Of a stretch of 64,000 nt of DNA, positions 57,566 to 64,000 are shown in pieces. The notes below the pieces were generated by a model, which was not told the DNA's origin, searched no databases, and saw only the letters and a list, made by a program, of their open reading frames with translations. Every line of letters starts with the position of its first letter. Position 1 is the stretch's first letter. Source of the DNA: a virus; the IMG/VR virus record IMGVR_UViG_3300009152_000030, positions 96,001-160,000 of that record; one strand, 5' to 3'. Both the position numbers and the translations under genes were made by a program.

Positions 57566-60101
57566 CCTCTAAAGCCCAGACGTCAACGTCTTCTTTCTTG
57601 GCATAGTCTTTGTTGTTCTTATCATCAGCCTGGTCTCTGGCATTAACAACCTGAGCAATCTCATAGGTGTCAACTTCTTCGAACCATGAGCTCGTGGGAT
57701 GGAATAGGAAACAGTGAGTATCCTTATCGCCTGAGATCTTGTTCTTGCCAATGATTGCCTCAATGACTGGGAACTTCTGGACAACACCAGGACGGCTAAC
57801 ACTCTTAGTCTCATGGTACCAGTTACTCTTATCGCCAAATACATGCTTATGATTATAAACGTGTACAATAGCGCTAGCGTCGTATCTAAAGGCACGGGAC
57901 TCTGCTAGGCTAGAGTTAGTCGGGCGCTGATCCTTCTGCCTCTTATTCGAGTCGCTGTTGTACTCTAGGGTACCGCCAATAGCAATGTTGTGACGGACTG
58001 AAGCCATCTTAACACGATTAGAGATATCCTTGAATGCAAGACGCGCATCAGCATTACCAAGCGGAAGCTTATGAATATTATCTAGGTAAGCAAAGATATT
58101 ATCGCTAGGATACTTTTTACGAAAACTAGCAATAGCACGCTCAAAGTCTTCTAGGTTCTGGGCATGTGGAATGCCAAAGAGCACTAGACGTTCTTCGCGG
58201 GCCATCTTCATAATCTCCTGATAGCCAACCTTGTAAGCATAAAGCATATCCTGCTCTAGCTGAGGATCAATATCACGAAGGATCTTACCCCAGTACTTAG
58301 GACGAACAATATGATTGATCTCTAGAGGAAAGCCATCCTCGTATCCGCGATAACCACGAGTACGATGACGACCAGCCATGGCTACAAACTTAGGAAACAA
58401 CTCAGGAACGCTATCGTCAATGGTCATGTAAAGAACATGAAGATTGTTCTCAGCTTCTGGCAGTGCTAGGTTATAACATGTAAAGCTACTGAATGAACTC
58501 TTACCTGCATTCTCTTCACCACCTATGCAAATCATGCGACCTCTTGACCAGTCATTGTTAAATGCACTGGCAAATCCGGGCATGAGTGGCATTTGAAAAC
58601 CAGGGAAAACAGCTTCAAACGCTTCTGCCTCATCTTGAAAACGAAGCATCTCTTGAAGATAAAAATCACCGCTACTGACACTGGTATTGGTATCAGCCTG
58701 AATGCTTTCAATCCTGGTCCTGAGGCCATCAAGAACTGAGATAGCACTAGTAGGATTCTTACGGATATCAAGCATAGCTTGATCAGTAAGGTCTTTTACC
58801 TTCTGCTTCTGGGTAAGTTCCTTCTCATTTACGATGTTATCAATCTCTTCAGTAATAGTATTGAAGCTGTAACCAGTTTTCATACTAAGACTACGAGCTA
58901 AATCTTCTCGTTCTAGAGGACTATGGAAGCTAGAGATAAGCTTAATAAGATCAAGCATAACCTCGCGGGATCCATTCTCTCTAGTCAACTCACCAAAGAG
59001 CCAGTCAAAAGCAGGAACATTCTCAACAGTCTTGAATACTTCAATGTCATTAGCTCTGATGAACTCATCCGGGTCAAGATCGCCGTTAACGCGAAGATCT
59101 TTAACATAAAGCTTATGGCCGCCTAGAGTACTAGCATGTTCTCTAATGGCATTGATGGTGCATTTAATGCCTGCGTCATCAGGATCAAAGCAAAGTACAT
59201 ACTTACTAGGATTGAGATTCTTAAGAAGTCTAGCTTGACCTGGAGTTAGACTAGAGCCACCTGCTGCCACCGTAGCTTTAAGGCCGTTATGGTAACAAGT
59301 AATTGCACTACTCTGACCCTCAAAGACATATAGAGTATCAGCTCCTGCCTTAATAGCTTGCTTGGCAATCTTATGATTATAAAGCAGGTTGCTCTTATCA
59401 AAGATTGGAACAATGCCACTAGTGTTTACCCACTTATCCTTGTCGCCTTTTTGCCAAGTAATCTTACGAGCTGCAAAGCCAACGGTTCTACCTTTCTCGT
59501 CATAGAATGTGGTTACTAGTTTGTTCTGGGGATCGGCAAACATACTTGTGTCATAAATGCCAAATCCCTGGTCAGGACGCTCTTCTCTTAGCTTATCTAG
59601 TACAGTAAGCCCATCTCCAATCTCTACATAGCCAACGCCCATCTCAAGCAGTTTATCTGCATTCCATGAGCGCTCTGCAATGTACTTATACAAATCTTGG
59701 TGAGCAGTATCAGTAATCTTGGTAATAGATGAGGAGACCTCATGATATACTTGAAAATACTTTTGACGCTCGATTTCCTCTGGGCTTGGCTTGCCAAAGT
59801 TATAGTCAATAGCAAATAGATCTGCTACTTCCTTAGCAACATCAACAAACTCATCACCAGCAAGTTGCCGGCCAGTTCTAATTGCGTGGACGTTCAAAGA
59901 ACTACCATAAAAGCCGCAACTAAAACACTTTACATATCCACGGTCATCATAAACATGCATACTAGGATTATGGTCGTCATGGTCTGGATTGACACAGACA
60001 ACTTTCTTATTCTTTGTAACCTCAACACCAATCTTCTCAAGGTACTGAGAGACTGGGATTCTATCAATTGTTTCTACTAACTCACTCAGATTCGTAATCA
60101 T
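57552..60101 (-). CDS. Fused DnaG-type primase / DnaB-like (SF4) helicase
   Basis: CHC2 Zn finger (CVNPDH..PSM..CFSC), TOPRIM (VFEGQ..CFDPDDAG..DPDE), Walker A GEENAGKS, Walker B AYLDN. Confidence 0.88.
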   Translation of the reverse strand: MITNLSELVETIDRIPVSQYLEKIGVEVTKNKKVVCVNPDHDDHNPSMHVYDDRGYVKCFSCGFYGSSLNVHAIRTGRQLAGDEFVDVAKEVADLFAIDYNFGKPSPEEIERQKYFQVYHEVSSSITKITDTAHQDLYKYIAERSWNADKLLEMGVGYVEIGDGLTVLDKLREERPDQGFGIYDTSMFADPQNKLVTTFYDEKGRTVGFAARKITWQKGDKDKWVNTSGIVPIFDKSNLLYNHKIAKQAIKAGADTLYVFEGQSSAITCYHNGLKATVAAGGSSLTPGQARLLKNLNPSKYVLCFDPDDAGIKCTINAIREHASTLGGHKLYVKDLRVNGDLDPDEFIRANDIEVFKTVENVPAFDWLFGELTRENGSREVMLDLIKLISSFHSPLEREDLARSLSMKTGYSFNTITEEIDNIVNEKELTQKQKVKDLTDQAMLDIRKNPTSAISVLDGLRTRIESIQADTNTSVSSGDFYLQEMLRFQDEAEAFEAVFPGFQMPLMPGFASAFNNDWSRGRMICIGGEENAGKSSFSSFTCYNLALPEAENNLHVLYMTIDDSVPELFPKFVAMAGRHRTRGYRGYEDGFPLEINHIVRPKYWGKILRDIDPQLEQDMLYAYKVGYQEIMKMAREERLVLFGIPHAQNLEDFERAIASFRKKYPSDNIFAYLDNIHKLPLGNADARLAFKDISNRVKMASVRHNIAIGGTLEYNSDSNKRQKDQRPTNSSLAESRAFRYDASAIVHVYNHKHVFGDKSNWYHETKSVSRPGVVQKFPVIEAIIGKNKISGDKDTHCFLFHPTSSWFEEVDTYEIAQVVNARDQADDKNNKDYAKKEDVDVWALEDDDA

Positions 60102-60109
60102 ACATTCCT

Positions 60110-61207
60110 CTATTTTAGTATTTCAGTAGCTATCTTTATAAGAACAGTTTTCTTAAAAAAGATAGGTTGTTTAATATTAACACTCTTAAGCCATTCTCTT
60201 ATTTCAATTGGAGTATGCTCATTGTAGCCTTGAATACCATATTTTCTATAGATGAACTCTTGTTCAAGAGTATTCAATTTGTCAATTACTGAAGAGAAAT
60301 TAGAACAAAAAGTTTTTTGATCTAAGTTTAAATTTACATCTTCGATTTGTTCATCTTTCTTTTCCTTGTCCACTATAAGTGTCATCGGATCTTCAGAAAA
60401 TGCCTGATCATTATTGTACAAAGCAATCTGATTGTATGGTGTATAGCTATAAATATAACCAAAGGCATGAGAAACACTTGACTCTTTCATCCTGGTAAGG
60501 CTAGAAAGTTTACCAATATTCTTACTAGAGTAAGGAATATTATGTTTCCGTATTGCTCCAAGGACTTTAGTTATATCAATTGTTAGATGGACTGGCAAGC
60601 GAATTAATCTAGCTTTATTAGATAAAGCACGAGTAATCTTCTGCTTAATCCACCAAGTCGCATATGTTCCAAGTTTAACGTTTTTGTTTGGGTCATATCT
60701 ATCTATTGCATACATAAACCCAAAAACACCTTCTTGTATTAGATCATCAACAGATAATCCTTTACCGCCATAGCTACTTGCAATCTTCACTATCAAACGA
60801 AGATTATGAGCCACTAGAGTCTCTTCAAGCTCTAGAAAAACTTCCTTATATGGAATTAATTCTAGAAGATAAGATAACTCCTCTTTCTCGGCAACTAAAA
60901 GACTAGTTGTTATAGCATCATTAGGAGATTCTAGTTTAAGTGCCACAACACCTAAGCGGTCTTTTAAATGTGTATACTGCTGCTTCAAGTAGAAATATTT
61001 ACAGGCAAGACGATGCATCTCAGCATCTTTCATTCTAGGATGGTTTTTAATGTAGTCGCTAAGATAAGCAATACTATCTTTTTCCATTCCATAGATTACA
61101 GAAGAAGAGTCAGAGATTCGAGGCTCAAGACTGAGTGTATAGTTCCTTGTTTTCTTAGGAACTAATGTATTCAGACTAACTACCGAGTTGCTATTCGTCT
61201 TCTTCAT
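60110..61207 (-). CDS. RpoD/RpoS-type sigma-70 factor
   Basis: Region 1.2-like AYLSDYIKNHPRM; region 2 NLRLIVKIA..DDLIQEG..TYATWWIKQKITRAL..RLIRLPVH; region 4.2 degenerate. Confidence 0.88.
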   Translation of the reverse strand: MKKTNSNSVVSLNTLVPKKTRNYTLSLEPRISDSSSVIYGMEKDSIAYLSDYIKNHPRMKDAEMHRLACKYFYLKQQYTHLKDRLGVVALKLESPNDAITTSLLVAEKEELSYLLELIPYKEVFLELEETLVAHNLRLIVKIASSYGGKGLSVDDLIQEGVFGFMYAIDRYDPNKNVKLGTYATWWIKQKITRALSNKARLIRLPVHLTIDITKVLGAIRKHNIPYSSKNIGKLSSLTRMKESSVSHAFGYIYSYTPYNQIALYNNDQAFSEDPMTLIVDKEKKDEQIEDVNLNLDQKTFCSNFSSVIDKLNTLEQEFIYRKYGIQGYNEHTPIEIREWLKSVNIKQPIFFKKTVLIKIATEILK

Positions 61208-62372
61208 CGGAACCCTCCATTGTGCTAATTCTTTCTATATCAGTAACATCTAGTTTAGTTAGATCTCTAGGAGTCCCATTTGCCTCATAGCATATATTCT
61301 TGAATGGACAGTAACTACAGTTCCAGTCGCCTTTTCTAACTTTCTTGCCTTTCGTAAACAACTCCATGTCTATTTTCGATAGTTCTTTACGACTAGCTAA
61401 GGTGGCTATCTTAGCCTGGTCATAGAAAAGTTCAAAGTCTCTGCCAGGAAGTGTTTCATTCTCAAGATGAGTATGAAGTTCCTGATAACGTTGAAGTATA
61501 TGTTCAGCATACAACACATGCTTATATGGCTCACGATCTACATAAACTCTATGCAAGAACTTACCATTGGATACTTTCTCTTTTATAAGATCGATATCAA
61601 ACTCTTTTCGCTCGCCATTCTCACGATTAATATATGCAAGTTTCCAGTATCTATATTCCTTTTTAAGAATACAGAAATACATATGGTAAAGAATTGACTG
61701 AAGCAAATGCTCAGGCTTTGGCTCAGGTAAACTAATCCAGTGGCCTTTCTTACTCTTTACTCCAAATACTTGTCGAGGTCCTTTGTATCCTGAGATACTT
61801 TTAATCTCAATGCCAACAATGTTATTAGTCTTAATATCACTAGAGTTTATTGAAGGATTGCCGTCTCGATCAAAGGTTGGAAGTTCATAGTCTTCTTTGG
61901 CAGGTATTGTGACTGCAAGATCTAATTCACCACTAATTACTGGTTTCAATAATTTATACGGGAATGGAAGTTCCCATTTAAATCTAAGACTATTTGTTTC
62001 ATATACACAAGCTCTTTTGCTTTCATCAGTAATTGCTATTTCTGCGTATTTACTTAATGAAAACTTCCAAAGTTCCTTCGGGGTAAAAGGTTCAGCAGCT
62101 AGCACATGATCAAGATTAGGCTTGATGCTGGTAGCTTCCATGCGCTGAATCATAGCTCTGAACCATGACTTGCGAACACAACCGCCGATAATTATATCTT
62201 CGTTGTGCTCGTTTTTAATTTTAGCGCTTGCCTCACTGGGATACAGATTAATATCTGGACGAATTCTGCTAGGTTGATTAGCAATACTTCGATCTAGTGT
62301 GCCCCAAAAGGAAAATTTATGTTCTGAGCTTGGGAATGAAACCTTTGTATCTTTCTTCGGTTTCTTCGCCAT
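61191..62372 (-). CDS. Cas4-like exonuclease (PD-(D/E)xK with Fe-S cysteines)
   Basis: YPSEAS..GGCVRK, SGELD, IEIKS, QSILY and WNCSYCPFKNIC motifs. Confidence 0.8.
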   Translation of the reverse strand: MAKKPKKDTKVSFPSSEHKFSFWGTLDRSIANQPSRIRPDINLYPSEASAKIKNEHNEDIIIGGCVRKSWFRAMIQRMEATSIKPNLDHVLAAEPFTPKELWKFSLSKYAEIAITDESKRACVYETNSLRFKWELPFPYKLLKPVISGELDLAVTIPAKEDYELPTFDRDGNPSINSSDIKTNNIVGIEIKSISGYKGPRQVFGVKSKKGHWISLPEPKPEHLLQSILYHMYFCILKKEYRYWKLAYINRENGERKEFDIDLIKEKVSNGKFLHRVYVDREPYKHVLYAEHILQRYQELHTHLENETLPGRDFELFYDQAKIATLASRKELSKIDMELFTKGKKVRKGDWNCSYCPFKNICYEANGTPRDLTKLDVTDIERISTMEGSDEEDE

Positions 62373-62399
62373 TGTTTTCCTTAAAATATAGATAATCAG

Positions 62400-62472
62400 C
62401 TCTGGCTACAGGATTCGAACCTGTGACCTAGAAATTAACAGTTTCCCGCTTCTACCGCTGAGCTAAGCCAGA
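62400..62472 (-). tRNA. trnN: tRNA-Asn (GTT)
   Basis: Cloverleaf TCTGGCT-TA-GCTCAGCGGTAGAAGC-G-GGAAA-CTGTTAA-TTTCT-AGGTC-ACAGG-TTCGAAT-CCTGT-AGCCAGA-G; discriminator G; CCA not encoded. Confidence 0.93.
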
Positions 62473-62482
62473 ATTGATTATA

Positions 62483-62510
62483 ATAATAGACTATTTTAAA
62501 ACAATGTCAA
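62483..62510 (-). promoter_or_regulatory. Sigma70-type promoter upstream of tRNA-Asn
   Basis: TTGACA (62510-62505), 16-nt spacer, TATTAT (62488-62483), 10 nt before the tRNA 5' end. Confidence 0.6.
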
Positions 62511-62514
62511 CAGA

Positions 62515-62883
62515 TTAAATCAGCTTAATCTCAGGTGTAGGAACAACAGGAACAGGCTGAGGATCCGCAGAAAGCATATCTTCATCAGACATCTCTCTCA
62601 TCTTATCGTTTGCAATCTTTGCGAACTCGCCATTCCGTCTAAGGAATTCTGCCATAAACTTGTCCTTCTCAATGGCTATACCATTAGCAGCAAGAGTGTC
62701 AACCAGAGTATCGACTAGTGCTGAAACCATGTATCCCTGATAGAGGCCAACGCTATTGTTAACAGCCATATATACATTATTCATGTATTGATTGACTTCT
62801 TCGCGGGTAGGTGAACCCTTAAGAAAGTCTTCGCTGTACTCGGGCTCTGCGGTATTGTCTTGTAGGTTATCTTGTTCAATCAT
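62515..62883 (-). CDS. Hypothetical protein
   Basis: GAGGT RBS; acidic helical protein. Confidence 0.5.
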   Translation of the reverse strand: MIEQDNLQDNTAEPEYSEDFLKGSPTREEVNQYMNNVYMAVNNSVGLYQGYMVSALVDTLVDTLAANGIAIEKDKFMAEFLRRNGEFAKIANDKMREMSDEDMLSADPQPVPVVPTPEIKLI

Positions 62884-62893
62884 CTTGTACCTC

Positions 62894-64000
62894 TTACTTT
62901 AAATAGTTTAATGTTCCGCAATACTTAACGTCAGTCTCGTTAAATAATGTATTGCCATCTTGGTCTTGGTAAACGACTGCATATCCTAATGTAACTGCTT
63001 CCTTTGTGAACTTAGCACTGCGCTGATAGTCCATCAACTTAACTAAGCAACCTTGCTCCATTACAAGTTTACCCTTGTAGACAAGCTTACCTAGCTTATG
63101 TGTATGTCCCATAACAACACAATCATAACTATCCCATTCTAGGAAGTTTTGCAAATAATCGCAAGCTTTAACTACAGTGCCGAGAGGCGCGCTGAGATAA
63201 GTGCTTGGGTGTAAAAATACGGTCTTGTTTAGTTGAAGGATCCAAGGATTACCCTGTGGATTGTATATAACGTTTGGTAGTTCTACAGTGCCAATATGAG
63301 CACCATCCTCATCTAGGATATAACCCTTTGCTAGATAGTATAGAGTGTCCTTGCATGCAAACATCTGCATGGTTGGATCAATCTTATTAGCAAAGTATTT
63401 TTCAAGTCTATGCTCGTGGTTGCCACGTACGATATAAACCTGAGGAAAGATTCCAGCAACTTTACGAACAAATTCCAAAGCCATTGTGTACTCTAGATGC
63501 ATTGGGATGTTCTTATCCTTGGCAAAGCTACTAGCGGCGTAACCGTCTAGTAAGTCGCCATTAAGAACAAGAATATCTGCATCTTTGTGTAGCCCAATAA
63601 CTTCGTCAATTATTTCTTGGTTTTGGAATGGAAAGTGAATATCACTTAAACTAAGAATCTTAATTGCTGCTTCTGCTGTGCTAGCTCTCTTGGTTAGGAA
63701 AACCTTGTCCTTTGCGTCCTTAACGGCATCGAGATAAGCTTGTATACTACCTGCCTTCTCGACATCCTTTGTGACATCCTTGGGGTCTTCTGCGCTTGCT
63801 AGAGCTTGGATAACAGTTGGCTTAGTAGGGCCAATCTTCTTAGTCTTGATGTTCTTACTACTTGGGATCTTATAGTAATTAATAATCTTATTCAAGGTAG
63901 AAGTAGCTTTAGGATTGTCACCCTTCTGTACTTCTATGGCTCCCCTCTTGGCAAGGCGCTCTAGCGTATGCCTAGATATATTGTACTTAATAGAAAGTAA
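62894..64000 (-). CDS. Calcineurin-like metallophosphoesterase with N-terminal HTH-like extension (5' truncated by window edge)
   Basis: SDIH, NGDLLD, GNHE, FLH and GHTH motifs. The frame stays open from the TTG at 63895 to nt 64000 (LLSIKYNISRHTLERLAKRGAIEV...). Confidence 0.8.
   Translation of the reverse strand, partial: LLSIKYNISRHTLERLAKRGAIEVQKGDNPKATSTLNKIINYYKIPSSKNIKTKKIGPTKPTVIQALASAEDPKDVTKDVEKAGSIQAYLDAVKDAKDKVFLTKRASTAEAAIKILSLSDIHFPFQNQEIIDEVIGLHKDADILVLNGDLLDGYAASSFAKDKNIPMHLEYTMALEFVRKVAGIFPQVYIVRGNHEHRLEKYFANKIDPTMQMFACKDTLYYLAKGYILDEDGAHIGTVELPNVIYNPQGNPWILQLNKTVFLHPSTYLSAPLGTVVKACDYLQNFLEWDSYDCVVMGHTHKLGKLVYKGKLVMEQGCLVKLMDYQRSAKFTKEAVTLGYAVVYQDQDGNTLFNETDVKYCGTLNYLK

Noticed and set aside
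57569-59815. Alternative-frame ORFs inside the primase-helicase (57569-57895, 58532-58771, 59624-59815)
   Set aside because: No RBS or motif support; consistent with codon-bias by-products.
61191-62372. CRISPR-Cas system suggested by the Cas4-like gene
   Set aside because: No repeat-spacer array and no cas1/cas2/effector genes seen; solo Cas4-like nucleases are common in phages.
62400-62472. tRNA as an attachment site or prophage boundary
   Set aside because: No integrase, no duplicated tRNA 3' end seen, and phage-type genes continue on both sides.

Overview
64-kb fragment of a large, AT-rich tailed dsDNA phage, probably with a contractile tail (gp25-like wedge and baseplate J present). It uses the standard genetic code and has Shine-Dalgarno sites and many TAATG-coupled genes. 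Two convergent blocks meet at a bidirectional intrinsic terminator (~51941-51982). The + strand block (1-51925) is the virion/lysis module: a giant protein with a degenerate thermonuclease-like domain, a 2339-aa protein, an apparently split baseplate-hub locus with a lytic transglycosylase and two M15 peptidase domains, baseplate genes, three mosaic tail fibre/spike genes, a CHAP endolysin and a holin. The - strand block (51998-64000) is the DNA-metabolism/regulation module: RusA, DUF559/Vsr-like endonuclease, dUTPase, primase-helicase, RpoD/RpoS-type sigma factor, two Cas4-like proteins, tRNA-Asn and an HTH-metallophosphoesterase. Top observation: the 2339-aa ORF (2642-9661) carries, in the expected order, beta-like and beta'-like motifs of a two-barrel RNA polymerase, including DFDGD and a trigger-loop-like Q-x6-H. 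It looks like a single-chain virion RNA polymerase with a ~600-aa insertion and hydrophobic termini, located where a tape-measure gene is expected. Second: a Cys-rich exported protein with a MYXO-CTERM-like sorting tail, translationally coupled to an unannotated 24-aa membrane peptide, hints at a Myxococcota-like host and host-surface modification. All homology calls are by-eye motif recognition; no searches were run.
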